Origin: a bacterium
GTDB lineage: Bacteria > UBA8248
Direction of reading: 5' to 3'
Assembly: GCA_965203325.1 (NCBI GenBank)
Contig: OZ241875.1
Coordinates: 1,536,001 to 1,600,000, forward strand
DNA: 64,000 nucleotides
Positions 50,790-60,458 of the stretch are shown in pieces. The stretch's first letter is position 1, and the number at the start of each line of letters is the position of its first letter. Below the pieces are notes generated by a model that saw nothing but the letters and a program-made list of their open reading frames with translations, did not search any database and was not told the DNA's origin. Both the position numbers and the translations under genes were made by a program.

Positions 50790-52466
50790 ATGAATCCCGA
50801 CGAACTGCTGCACCGCCCCATCACGGAACTGGCCGCCCAGATCAAAAGCGGCGAAGCGAAGCCGAGCGAGGTGCTCGAGGCCCACGTCGCCAGAATCGAG
50901 GCCGCTGACCCGACCATCAACGCTTTCATCAGGACCACCTTCGAACTCGCCGGGGAACAGGCGGAGCGGCTGGATTCCGAACTCGCCGATGGAAACTTCC
51001 GGGGGCCGCTCCACGGGATTCCCATCGCGCTCAAGGACCTGTTCGACCTGGAGGGCCACCCGACCACGGCGGGCAGCCGGATTCTAGGCAAAAGCGCGGC
51101 GAACGAAACGGCGGACTGCGTGCGCAGACTTATAAATGCGGGGGCGGTCATCATCGGGAAGACGAACTTGCAGGAATTCGCGCGCGGCGGGACCGGGGCG
51201 AACAGCGCTTTCGGCCCGGCGCGAAACCCCTGGAGCCTCGAACACACGCCCGGGGGGAGCAGCAGCGGCTCGGCCGCCTGCGTGGCGGCGGGGATGGCGG
51301 CGGCCGCGCTCGGTTCCGACACGGGCGGCTCGGTGCGCCTGCCCGCATCGTTCTGTAATCTGGTGGGCATCCGCTCCACCTATGGCCGGGTGAGCCGGGC
51401 GGGGGCTGTGCCGCTGGGACTCAGCTTCGACAACGTGGGTCCCCTCGCGCGCACAGTGGAGGACGCCGCCCTCATCCTGGGAGCCATCGCAGGCCCCGAC
51501 CCCAAAGACCCGACGACGGGCACGAAACCTGCGCCCGATTTCCTGGAAAGCGTGAACGAGGGCGTGGGCGGCATGACGCTGGGTGTTCCGACCAACCATT
51601 TCTGGCCGGGCGAGGACACAGAAGCGGAAGCGGTCGTCCGCGAGGCCATCGCGCGATACGAGAAGATGGGCGCGAGTCTTGTTGAGGTGGAAATCCCCTG
51701 GGCGAGGCTCGGCCAGGTCGCCTACGCCGCGACGGTGGGGCCCGAGGGTGCGGAATATCACCGCAAATTCCTCGAAAACCACCGGGACGGCTACGTCTCG
51801 CCCGGAGCGGATTTCTTCGAGTACAGCCTGTTCATTCCGGGCTGGCGATACGTGCAGGCGCAAAAGGCCCGCACATTCTTCATCCGCCAGGCGGCGGAGG
51901 TTTTTAGACGTGTGGACGCCGTGCTCACGCCCACCGTCGCCATTGCGCCGCCCACCATCGCGGATTGCCTCGACGGCATGAAAATGTGGCCGATAGTGAG
52001 CGACAACACGGCCGCCTTCAGCACCATCGGCAACCCCGTCCTCCAGGTCCCATGCGGGTTCACGAAAGGGTGCCTGCCCGTCGGACTACAGATTGCGGGG
52101 AGATGGGGGAATGAGGCGCGCCTGTTCCGAATCGGCAAGGCGCTGGAAGACGACAATCCGCTGTGGCAGATGAAGCCGCCCGAGGTCGACGAGCAGCCGC
52201 CTCCCGAACCATTCCCGGGCGAAGGCTCCGCTTCCTCATCCCAAGGAGGATCGGAGTCAGAAGCCGCCGCACAGGTTCTCGCCATGGCGGAAACTATGGG
52301 CTATGCGATCGACAGGAATAAAATATCACCGGAGGCGCTCGCACAAGGCGTTGCGAACATATTCGCGGGACTGGAAAAACTGGACGATCTCGACCTTGAT
52401 GACTGCGAGCGCGCCGAAACGCTGAACCTGCTGGAGATGGACTTCGACTCGATTCCGAGGCCCTAA
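50790..52466 (+). CDS. Amidase signature (GatA/AtzE-like) enzyme with C-terminal extension
   Basis: Motifs GPLHGIPIALKD, GKTN, PGGSSSGS, GSDTGGSVR and LPVGLQI; extra ~90 aa after the usual end. Confidence 0.9.
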   Translation: MNPDELLHRPITELAAQIKSGEAKPSEVLEAHVARIEAADPTINAFIRTTFELAGEQAERLDSELADGNFRGPLHGIPIALKDLFDLEGHPTTAGSRILGKSAANETADCVRRLINAGAVIIGKTNLQEFARGGTGANSAFGPARNPWSLEHTPGGSSSGSAACVAAGMAAAALGSDTGGSVRLPASFCNLVGIRSTYGRVSRAGAVPLGLSFDNVGPLARTVEDAALILGAIAGPDPKDPTTGTKPAPDFLESVNEGVGGMTLGVPTNHFWPGEDTEAEAVVREAIARYEKMGASLVEVEIPWARLGQVAYAATVGPEGAEYHRKFLENHRDGYVSPGADFFEYSLFIPGWRYVQAQKARTFFIRQAAEVFRRVDAVLTPTVAIAPPTIADCLDGMKMWPIVSDNTAAFSTIGNPVLQVPCGFTKGCLPVGLQIAGRWGNEARLFRIGKALEDDNPLWQMKPPEVDEQPPPEPFPGEGSASSSQGGSESEAAAQVLAMAETMGYAIDRNKISPEALAQGVANIFAGLEKLDDLDLDDCERAETLNLLEMDFDSIPRP

Positions 52467-52473
52467 GAAAACC

Positions 52474-52640
52474 ATTGTTAAAGGAGCAACCCCCCCTACC
52501 CCCCCTTGTCAGGGGGGTATAAAAAGGCGATGCACCTCCACCGGGCTGAGGGAGGTTTGCTTTTTCTTGCCCCCCTGACAAGGGGGGGTAGGGGGGGTTG
52601 CCTTAATCCCCTCAGGAGAAGGACTTTTTCAACAACCCCC
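52474..52640. mobile_element. MITE-like element (same family as 41459-41788), left end degenerate
   Basis: Core nearly identical to 41636-41787; right end GGACTTTTTCAACAACCCC. Confidence 0.7.
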
Positions 52641-52651
52641 TCAAGAAAGAC

Positions 52652-53776
52652 CTAATCCGGCTTGAGCAGGACTTTCAGACATTCTCCCGTTCCGGTGACC
52701 TCGATGCCCGCCTGCACCTGGGAGAGGGGCAGACGGTGGGTGAAGATGTCGTCAATCGGCAGGTCCGTTCTCAGGAGCATGTCCATCGCCGGTTCGAACT
52801 GCACCTGAGGATACGCCCATGAGCCGCAGATGTCCACGTCCTTGTTGCACACTTGGTGGGGCCTGATCTCCACCCCGCCCGGGTCGCCGTAATGACCGAC
52901 TTCGACGAGTTTCCCGCCCCGGCGGACGATGTCCAGCCCCTCGGCGAAGGCCGCGGGAACGCCCGCCGCCTCGACCACCACGTCCGGCCCCACCCCGTCC
53001 GTCCAGGAGAGGATCTGCTCTTTTCTCTCCTCTTGTGTAAGCGCCGCCAGGCTCACCGTCTTCGTGGCGCCGAACTTTTTGGAGAACGCGAGTCTTTCCT
53101 CGGTCATGTCCACCGCGATGATCTCGCCCGCCCCCATCGTCTTGAGAGCGGCCACCACGAGCAGTCCGATAGGGCCCACACCCATGACGGCGCAGCGCGC
53201 CCCCACGCCGAACCCTTCCCCCGCGTAGGGGATGCCTGGCGAAAGCGAGCGGCCCGCCGCCCTCTGGGCCACCGCCAGGGGTTCGCAGAGCGTGGCCCGC
53301 TCGAGCGAGAGACCCTCGGGCAACTTCAACACGAAGGAGTTTCCGGGAATGTACATGTATTCGGAAAACGCCCCGAAAAGGTGCGGCGCCTCGGCGGAGG
53401 TGCGGAAGCCGAACACCGTGCGGTTCGGGCACAACTGGGGCCGGTGCGGCACGTGAATGCAGAACCAGCATTTTCCGCACGCCTGGCTGCCCGGCGTCAC
53501 GGTGATGGCGTCGCCCTCCTTGATGGGGCCGCCCACGACTTTCATGTTCGAATTCGCCTGTGGCCCCAACTTCTCAACGATGCCGCTGAACTCATGGCCC
53601 GGAATGACGGGCCACGCCAGATCCAAGTTGCCCCCGTACATGTGCTTGTCCGAACCACAGACGCCGACGGCGGCCACCCGCATCAAAAGGGCGTCGTCCT
53701 CAATCTCGGGCATGGGATATTCGCGCAGGGCGATTTCGCCCGGCTGTAGAATCGTGGCGGCCTGAACGGTGGACAT
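52652..53776 (-). CDS. Zinc-binding alcohol dehydrogenase (MDR)
   Basis: Motifs GVCGSD, GHEFSG, CGKCWFC..C and GVGPIG. Confidence 0.93.
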   Translation of the reverse strand: MSTVQAATILQPGEIALREYPMPEIEDDALLMRVAAVGVCGSDKHMYGGNLDLAWPVIPGHEFSGIVEKLGPQANSNMKVVGGPIKEGDAITVTPGSQACGKCWFCIHVPHRPQLCPNRTVFGFRTSAEAPHLFGAFSEYMYIPGNSFVLKLPEGLSLERATLCEPLAVAQRAAGRSLSPGIPYAGEGFGVGARCAVMGVGPIGLLVVAALKTMGAGEIIAVDMTEERLAFSKKFGATKTVSLAALTQEERKEQILSWTDGVGPDVVVEAAGVPAAFAEGLDIVRRGGKLVEVGHYGDPGGVEIRPHQVCNKDVDICGSWAYPQVQFEPAMDMLLRTDLPIDDIFTHRLPLSQVQAGIEVTGTGECLKVLLKPD

Positions 53777-53926
53777 CGAATCCGTCTCCTCGAAATAATG
53801 GCTGTACGCTTAAGAAAAATCGGCGTGAGCCTCTCTGGATGTTGTGATGAACGCCACTTTAGCGTATCTCTGATTCGCGCCACAACGAACGCAGTGGAAG
53901 CGAACCCCGAATCTTTTGAGGAGCCC

Positions 53927-54790
53927 ATGCCGCTCGAGAAGACGCTCGCCATCTTCGGCTATCCCCTGGGGCACACGCTCTCGCCCGTCATGCACAACGC
54001 GGCGGCGCAGGCGCTGGGTCTGCCCTACCGCTTCCAGGCGTACGAGGTTCACCCGGACAAGTACGAAGAAGCGGTGCGCGGCGCGGGCGCGATGGGTTTC
54101 GCGGGCTTTTGCGTCACCATCCCCCACAAGGTGGCCACCTTCCGGCTGGTGGACGAGTTGAGCGAGGACGCGAGACTCATGGGCGCGGTGAACATGGTGA
54201 CCTTCGAGGAGGGCGGCACGCTCAAGGGCCACAACACCGACGGCGCGGGCTGGCTGCGCTCCCTGGAAGAGGAAACGGGCGTTTCGCCTGAGGGGAAAAG
54301 GTGCCTCCTTCTCGGCGCGGGCGGGGCCGCGCGGGCCATCGCCATCAAGCTCGCGCAAACAGGGGCGGCGCACGTCGAGATCAGGAACCGCACGGCGGAA
54401 AAAGCGGTGGCGCTGGCGAGCGAGGTGAAATCGCATTTCCCGGAAGTCGAAATACACGGAGACGGCCTGGAGGAGCTTGAATCCGCCGCCAGTGGGCGGG
54501 ATATTATCGTCAACACGACGAGCCTGGGGATGACCGGCGACAAGGCGCGGGAGGCGGCCTGCTGCCTGCCCGAGGAGTTCATACCGCCTGCGAGCATTTG
54601 CGCCGACGCGGTCTACAACCCGCTCGACACCCCGTTCCTGAAAGCCGCCCGCCGGAGAGGCGCGCGCGCCGTCTCGGGGGTCGGCTGGCTTTTGCACCAG
54701 GGCGCCCTGGGCTGGGAGCTTTGGACCGGCACGCAGATGCCGGTCGAGCACGTGCGCGAGAAGATGCTCGAAGCGCTTCGGAACCGATAG
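53927..54790 (+). CDS. aroE: Shikimate dehydrogenase
   Basis: Motifs GYPLGHTLSP.MHN, VTIPHK, GAVN, NTD and GAGGAARA. Confidence 0.9.
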   Translation: MPLEKTLAIFGYPLGHTLSPVMHNAAAQALGLPYRFQAYEVHPDKYEEAVRGAGAMGFAGFCVTIPHKVATFRLVDELSEDARLMGAVNMVTFEEGGTLKGHNTDGAGWLRSLEEETGVSPEGKRCLLLGAGGAARAIAIKLAQTGAAHVEIRNRTAEKAVALASEVKSHFPEVEIHGDGLEELESAASGRDIIVNTTSLGMTGDKAREAACCLPEEFIPPASICADAVYNPLDTPFLKAARRRGARAVSGVGWLLHQGALGWELWTGTQMPVEHVREKMLEALRNR

Positions 54791-54823
54791 TATCTACATA
54801 AGAAAAGGAGCCAGAGAGATTCC

Positions 54824-56014
54824 ATGAGTATGCCGCTTGAGGGGATTCGCGTCCTCGATCTTTCCAGAATACTGGCGGGGCCGTTCTGCACGATGATGCT
54901 CGGCGACATGGGGGCCGAAGTCATCAAGGTCGAAAACCCCGTCGGTGGAGACGACACACGCGGCTGGCCGCCTTTTTACGAGGGGGGCGAAAGCAGCTAT
55001 TTCCAGTCCGTGAACCGCAACAAGAAAAGCCTCACGCTGAACCTGAAAGCCGATGAAGGAAAAGAGGTTTTAAGAGCGCTCGTCGAGAAATCGGACGTCC
55101 TCATCCAGAATTTCCGGCCCGGCGCCATCGAGCGGCTCGGCTTCGACTGGGATACCTGCCACGCCCTCAACCCCCGGCTCATCTACGCCAGCGTCTCGGG
55201 CTACGGCCAGAGCGGCCCCTCCAAGGAGAGACCCGCCTACGACATTCTCTTACAAGGCGAAGGCGGACTCATGAGCATCACGGGCGCCGAGGCAGGCGGC
55301 GGCTTCAAGACGGGCATCGCCATCGCCGACCTCACCACCGCCATGTTCGCGACCCAGGGGATCCTGCTGGCCATCATCGCCCGCGAGAGGACGGGGGAGG
55401 GCCAATACGTCGACACAGCGATCCAGGACGGGCAGGCCGCGCTGATGAGCCACGCAGCGGGGAACTTCTTCGCCACGGGCACCCCGCCCGGACGCCTCGG
55501 GAACCGCCATCCGAGCATCGCGCCGTACCGCGATTTTCCCTGCTCGGACGGGGAACTCATCGTCGCGGCGGCCAACGACTCCTTGTGGCAGCGCTTCGCC
55601 CGCGCCATCGGCAGGGCAGATCTGGCGGACGACCCCAAATGGGATACGAACGCGGCGCGCGTCTCGGGGCGCGATGAACTCGAAGCCGAGATCGAGGAGA
55701 CCATGCGGGCCAGAACCCGCGCTGAGTGGGCTGAAATCGTATCGGATGCGGGCGTGCCCTGTGGGCCGGTGCGGACGATCGAGGAGTTGTGCGCGGACCC
55801 GCAGATCCATCACCGCGAGATGGTGGTCGAGATGGAGCACGCGAGGACCGGCGCCCTGAAGGTGATGGGAAACCCCATGAAGCTCTCGGACACGCCCGGC
55901 GAACTCCGCCTTCCCCCTCCCCTGCTGGGCGAGCACACCGAAGAAGTTCTCTCGGGCCTGCTCGGCAAGTCGGGCGAGGAGATCGCCGCGCTGAAAGAAA
56001 AGGGCGTCGCCTAG
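54824..56014 (+). CDS. CaiB/BaiF class III CoA-transferase
   Basis: Motifs LEGIRVLDLSRILAGP, NRNKKS, NFRPG and PLLGEHT. Confidence 0.94.
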   Translation: MSMPLEGIRVLDLSRILAGPFCTMMLGDMGAEVIKVENPVGGDDTRGWPPFYEGGESSYFQSVNRNKKSLTLNLKADEGKEVLRALVEKSDVLIQNFRPGAIERLGFDWDTCHALNPRLIYASVSGYGQSGPSKERPAYDILLQGEGGLMSITGAEAGGGFKTGIAIADLTTAMFATQGILLAIIARERTGEGQYVDTAIQDGQAALMSHAAGNFFATGTPPGRLGNRHPSIAPYRDFPCSDGELIVAAANDSLWQRFARAIGRADLADDPKWDTNAARVSGRDELEAEIEETMRARTRAEWAEIVSDAGVPCGPVRTIEELCADPQIHHREMVVEMEHARTGALKVMGNPMKLSDTPGELRLPPPLLGEHTEEVLSGLLGKSGEEIAALKEKGVA

Positions 56015-56034
56015 CGTTCATGAGGAGCCAAGCC

Positions 56035-56063
56035 TTGTCAGACGCGGCCCTCGCCGATAGGAT
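56035..56063 (+). promoter_or_regulatory. Candidate sigma70 promoter of the F420 operon
   Basis: TTGTCA-N17-TAGGAT. Confidence 0.5.
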
Positions 56064-56107
56064 GCGGGAGAAATCGCGGACTTGACTCGAAAATACGGAG
56101 AAACGTC

Positions 56108-57109
56108 CTGAGAACGGTCACGTATTCATTCAACTTCACCCTGCCCATCACGAACTGGTGCGTGAACCACTGCGGCTATTGCAGCTTCCGCAGCAGCGTT
56201 CCCCTCCTGCTCTCCATGGAGGAGTGCGAGCGGCTCGCGAGGGGGGCATTCGAGCAGGGCGTCGTCGAGGCGCTCGTCATGACGGGCGAGGGAATCGACC
56301 GGCACAAGGGCCTCAAGAATCAGCTCAAAGAATGGGGGTATGACTCCTACGCCGCCTATACGGCCGAGGTATGCAGAATGTGCCTCGACGTGGGTCTGCT
56401 GCCCCACGCCAACATCGGCACGCTGGAGGAGTGGGAATACGAGATTCTAAAACCCTACAACGTCTCGATGGGCATGATGATGGAGACCGTCAGCGCAGAA
56501 GCCACACGTATCGCCCACCGGGCGGCGCCGACGAAAACGCCCGAAGTCCGGCTCGCCTCGCTCGAGGCGGCGGGCAAGCTCGGAATCGCGTTCACGACGG
56601 GAATCCTCGTCGGCATCGGGGAATCGCCCCAAGAGCGCGTCGAGACGCTGGAAGCCATCGCCGGGGTGCACAGCCGTTACGGGCACATTCAGGAGATTAT
56701 TTTGCAGCCCTTGAACCCCCAGCCCATGACCCCCATGGCCAGATGGACCCGTCCGCCGGATGAGGATATCGCGGCGCTTATCCCGGAAGTGCAAAGGCTC
56801 ATGCCGGGCGTGCACATCCAGGTGCCGCCGAACCTGGTGGACGATCTGCTCGGCCTCATCATGGCGGGGGCGGACGACATCGGCGGCATTGCGCCGGAAC
56901 CGGATCACATCAACCCGAACCGCGGCTGGCCCAAACTGGGGAATCTCGACCAGTCCCTCCACCAGGAGGACATCGCGCTGCGCCTGCGGATGCCGGTGTA
57001 CGATGAATTCATCGAGGCGGGCTGGTGCCCGCCCGAGACTATGCCCGCGCTCCGCCGGATGCTGGAGCGGCGCGAAGCGCAGGAAGCCCTGCCCGTGGAG
57101 ATCGCATGA
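56108..57109 (+). CDS. cofG: FO synthase subunit CofG (radical SAM), probable CTG start
   Basis: In-frame upstream extension VTYSFNFTLPITNWC completes the CxxxCxxC motif; GLLPHANIG, SMGMMME, FTTGILVGIGE, HIQEII and QVPPNL. Confidence 0.88.
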   Translation: MRTVTYSFNFTLPITNWCVNHCGYCSFRSSVPLLLSMEECERLARGAFEQGVVEALVMTGEGIDRHKGLKNQLKEWGYDSYAAYTAEVCRMCLDVGLLPHANIGTLEEWEYEILKPYNVSMGMMMETVSAEATRIAHRAAPTKTPEVRLASLEAAGKLGIAFTTGILVGIGESPQERVETLEAIAGVHSRYGHIQEIILQPLNPQPMTPMARWTRPPDEDIAALIPEVQRLMPGVHIQVPPNLVDDLLGLIMAGADDIGGIAPEPDHINPNRGWPKLGNLDQSLHQEDIALRLRMPVYDEFIEAGWCPPETMPALRRMLERREAQEALPVEIA

Positions 57110-58359
57110 ACGCCCTTTTCGCCCATGAAATTCTGGACGCCTTCGAGACGGGGGAGGAAATCTCGCGCGAGGGCGCGACCGCCCTGCTCGCCGAGCAGGA
57201 TGCGGAGTTCACCGAGCGTCTTTACGCGACGGCGGACGCGGAGAGGAAGAAAACCGTCGGCGATGAGGTGAGCTACGTCATCAACGCGAACGTGAACTTC
57301 ACGAACGTATGCTACACGGACTGCAAATACTGCGGTTTCTGGCGGCGGCCGAACGCGCCTGACGCCTATACGCACGACGACGACGTGCTGCGCGAAAAAT
57401 TCGAGCGCGCCAGGGACTTCGGCGTGCGCGAAATCTGCATGCAGGGGGGGCTGAACCCCCAGATATCGATCGACCGCTACGAGGAAGTGCTCCGGCTCGC
57501 GCGCGAAATCATTCCCGGCGTCCACATGCACGCCTATTCGCCCGCGGAGGTCGACCACATCCAGCGGAAAACCAGGCTGCCCCTCGAAGTGGTGCTCACG
57601 CGGCTCAAGGAAGCGGGTCTCGGCTCCGTCCCCGGAACGGCGGCGGAGATACTCGTGGAGAGGGTGAAGAAGCTCATCAGTCCGGGGAGAATCCCCGTCG
57701 AGAGGTGGTGCGAGATCATCCGGACCGCCCACGCCGTGGGCATCCCGACGACGTCCACCGTCATGTACGGCCACATCGAGAGCAGCTCCGATCTGGCCGA
57801 GCACATGGATATCCTCCGAAAAATGCAGAAAGACTCGCTCCAGACGGACGGAGAGGGCCGGTTCACGGAGTTCGTTCCCCTCCCCTTCATCCCGTACGAC
57901 AACAAGATGGGCGAGGAGTTCGGCATCGAGAAGATGGCGGACCTGGAAACCATCTTCAGGCTCCACGCCGTGGCGCGGCTGTTCTTCCGGGGGACCATCG
58001 CCAACATCCAGGTGGCGTGGCCCAAGATCGGAATCGACGCGGCCCAGAAGGCGCTCTCCCTCGGGGTGAACGACCTGGGCGGGACGCTGATCGAGGAGAA
58101 CATCTCGCGCGAGTCGGGTTCCGAATACGGGCAAAGCCTGAGCCCCAAACAGTTCAACGACGCCATCCTGGGAGCGGGGCGCACTCCCGTTCAGCGCACG
58201 ACCACCTACGACATCATCCGCGAAGACGACCCGCGTTACCGTCACCCCCGCGCGGATGACGAGGCGCTGCTTGGCGCAGGCTTCTCCGGCGGGCAAAAGG
58301 CCGGCGACTTCATCCCGGAAACCCTCTTGGGCGTCTCGAACACCGAGCGCCCCCGCTAA
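57106..58359 (+). CDS. cofH: FO synthase subunit CofH (radical SAM)
   Basis: Motifs NVNFTNVCYTDCKYCGF, EICMQGG, PGTAAEIL, FTEFVPLPF, NIQVAWPKIG and NDLGGTL.EENISR; adjacent to cofG. Confidence 0.9.
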   Translation: MNALFAHEILDAFETGEEISREGATALLAEQDAEFTERLYATADAERKKTVGDEVSYVINANVNFTNVCYTDCKYCGFWRRPNAPDAYTHDDDVLREKFERARDFGVREICMQGGLNPQISIDRYEEVLRLAREIIPGVHMHAYSPAEVDHIQRKTRLPLEVVLTRLKEAGLGSVPGTAAEILVERVKKLISPGRIPVERWCEIIRTAHAVGIPTTSTVMYGHIESSSDLAEHMDILRKMQKDSLQTDGEGRFTEFVPLPFIPYDNKMGEEFGIEKMADLETIFRLHAVARLFFRGTIANIQVAWPKIGIDAAQKALSLGVNDLGGTLIEENISRESGSEYGQSLSPKQFNDAILGAGRTPVQRTTTYDIIREDDPRYRHPRADDEALLGAGFSGGQKAGDFIPETLLGVSNTERPR

Positions 58360-58378
58360 CAGGCCGGAGAAAGAATCC

Positions 58379-59821
58379 TTGAACGAACTTCACCATCACT
58401 CCTTCAAAGACATGATGAACGACGTGGTGGACGCGGGCAGTTGCTGCGAGTGCGGAAGCTGCGTCCTCGTCTGCCCGCACAACGTCATCGAATACATCGA
58501 CGCCAAGCCCAAGCAGACGGCCAAGGCGAAGGCCGACTTCGATTTCTGCGGCATCAGCGTTGGGGTGGGCTGCGACGTATGCGCGTCGGTGTGCCCGAGG
58601 CTCTGGCCGAGGGAGAACCACCTGAAAGACGCCACCTTCGGCGAGACGAGAAGCGAGACGTACGAGGGCATCTTCGGCCCATACCAGCACATCTTCATGG
58701 CGAGGACCAAGCGCGACGACGTGATGGAGCGCGCCCAGGACGGCGGCATCGTCACGGCACTACTCGCATGGGCGCTCGAGGCCGGCGTCATCGACGGGGC
58801 GGTGGTTTCCGCCGTCGGTGAGGACGACCCGCCGTGCGACCCGAGCCCCAAGGTCGCCACGACGTATGAGGAGATTCGCGCGAGCGCAGGCAGCTGGTAC
58901 ACCTACTGCGCGAACAACCTCGCGCTCGAGGAAGTGAAAGAAAGGGATTTGAAGAAAGTTGGCTTCGTGGGCGTTCCCTGCCAGATCACGCCCATTCGCA
59001 AGATGGAGCTCATCGACCCCGCCTTTCTGGTCTCACACAAGAAAAGGCCCCAGCACATCGAGAAACAGCGCGGCTTCCTGAGAGGCTTCTCGGATCGCGT
59101 GGCGTTCCAGATCGGCCTGTTCTGCACGGAGGTCTTCACCTTCGATCTGATGACGGAAAAAATCGAAAAGGACCTCGGCATTCCCCTCACGGACGTGGCG
59201 AAGTTCAACGTGAAGGGCGAGGTGCTCGTCCACAAGAAAGACGGAGAACTCGTCACCTTCTCGCTCCAGGAGGCGATGGAGAACTACCAGCGCCCCGAAT
59301 GCCAGCACTGCGCGGATTTCTCCGCCGAACTCGCGGACATCGCCTGCGGCGGCGTGGGCACGCGGGGGTGGACCATCGTCGTCCTGCGCACCGAGAAGGG
59401 CAAGGAGATCTGGAGCGAATTCGAAAAAGAGGGCCTCGTGGAGATTCAGCCGATACAGGAGAACCGGCGGGCCTGGAACATCCTGCACATCCTGGCAAGA
59501 AGACAGCGCAACCGCGTGCCGACGATGGGAACCAGGAGCGGCACGCCGGAGGGCCTTCCCCAGTACGACCCGTTCGACGGCGCCGGTTTCGCCGCGCAAA
59601 GAATGGTCGACAGCCCCAAGACGCCCGAGGAACTGGAAGAATGCCTCGACACGGCTTACGGGGATGAGGCGCGCCCCGCCGGCGTGCGCGGTTTCCTCGC
59701 GGGCCAGCCGATTCCGGATGACCCGGGAGACCCCCCTCCCGGGGAGAAGCGCAAACTTCCACCGCCCCCGAGCCCGGCCCAGGGCGGCGCGCCGCCGGGC
59801 TGGAAGGTCCAAGAGTCATAA
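58379..59821 (+). CDS. FrhB/FpoF-family F420-interacting flavo-iron-sulfur protein
   Basis: Ferredoxin CCECGSCVLVCP..CDVCASVCP, AQDGGIVT, VGVPCQ, IGLFCTE and CQHCADF.AELADI; TTG start. Confidence 0.88.
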   Translation: MNELHHHSFKDMMNDVVDAGSCCECGSCVLVCPHNVIEYIDAKPKQTAKAKADFDFCGISVGVGCDVCASVCPRLWPRENHLKDATFGETRSETYEGIFGPYQHIFMARTKRDDVMERAQDGGIVTALLAWALEAGVIDGAVVSAVGEDDPPCDPSPKVATTYEEIRASAGSWYTYCANNLALEEVKERDLKKVGFVGVPCQITPIRKMELIDPAFLVSHKKRPQHIEKQRGFLRGFSDRVAFQIGLFCTEVFTFDLMTEKIEKDLGIPLTDVAKFNVKGEVLVHKKDGELVTFSLQEAMENYQRPECQHCADFSAELADIACGGVGTRGWTIVVLRTEKGKEIWSEFEKEGLVEIQPIQENRRAWNILHILARRQRNRVPTMGTRSGTPEGLPQYDPFDGAGFAAQRMVDSPKTPEELEECLDTAYGDEARPAGVRGFLAGQPIPDDPGDPPPGEKRKLPPPPSPAQGGAPPGWKVQES

Positions 59822-59822
59822 G

Positions 59823-60458
59823 TTGGATACCCCCGGACTCACAGATAAAACATCGGCGCTGAGCATTCCTCTCGATGAGGCGCTGCGCAAAAGGCGCTCC
59901 ATCCGGCATTTCACGGCTGAACCCGTCCCGATGGAGATACTGAAAACCGCCCTCGCCGCCGCGTGTCTGGCCCCCAGCCCGCACGGCACGAACCCCTGGC
60001 GGTTTTGCATACTCGATTCCAAAGAGGCGAAAGAAACCCTCGCCGCCGAGATGGGCAAGGACTTTCTGCGCGACATGGAAGCGGAGGGCGTTCCCGAAGA
60101 AGAACGCCGACGCCGCCACCAGGGGAGCATCCGCCTGCTGACAGGTGCGCCCGCCCTCATCATGGCGTCGCTCTCCTTCGCGGATTTAGACGAGTACGAA
60201 GAACCCGCGAAACAGGCCAATGAATACATGATGGCCGAACACAGCCTGGGCGGCGCTCTCCAGAACCTGATGATGGCCCTAGCAGCCCAGGGGGTGGGCT
60301 CCGTGTGGCGCTGCGCTCCCCTGTTCTGCCCCGAGACGGCCCGTAAGGCCCTGGAATTGCCCACCGACTGGGTCCCCAGGGCGCTCATCGTGGCGGGTTA
60401 CCCCTCGCAGCAGCCCGCTCCCAAAGAAACACCCGAGCCGGTGCTGATCGTCCGATGA
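59823..60458 (+). CDS. Nitroreductase resembling the FbiB C-terminal domain (candidate dehydro-F420 reductase)
   Basis: Motifs RRSIRHF, APSPHGTNPWRF, GGALQNL and WRCAPLFCP; located inside the cof operon. Confidence 0.82.
   Translation: MDTPGLTDKTSALSIPLDEALRKRRSIRHFTAEPVPMEILKTALAAACLAPSPHGTNPWRFCILDSKEAKETLAAEMGKDFLRDMEAEGVPEEERRRRHQGSIRLLTGAPALIMASLSFADLDEYEEPAKQANEYMMAEHSLGGALQNLMMALAAQGVGSVWRCAPLFCPETARKALELPTDWVPRALIVAGYPSQQPAPKETPEPVLIVR

Noticed and set aside
50790..52466. Glu-tRNA amidotransferase gatA
   Set aside because: No gatB/gatC neighbours, and it lacks the GatA-specific conserved segments I would expect; treated as a general amidase.
57106..58359. MqnC/MqnE (menaquinone) assignment for the second radical SAM gene
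   Set aside because: Coupling to cofG and the cofCDE context favour CofH.
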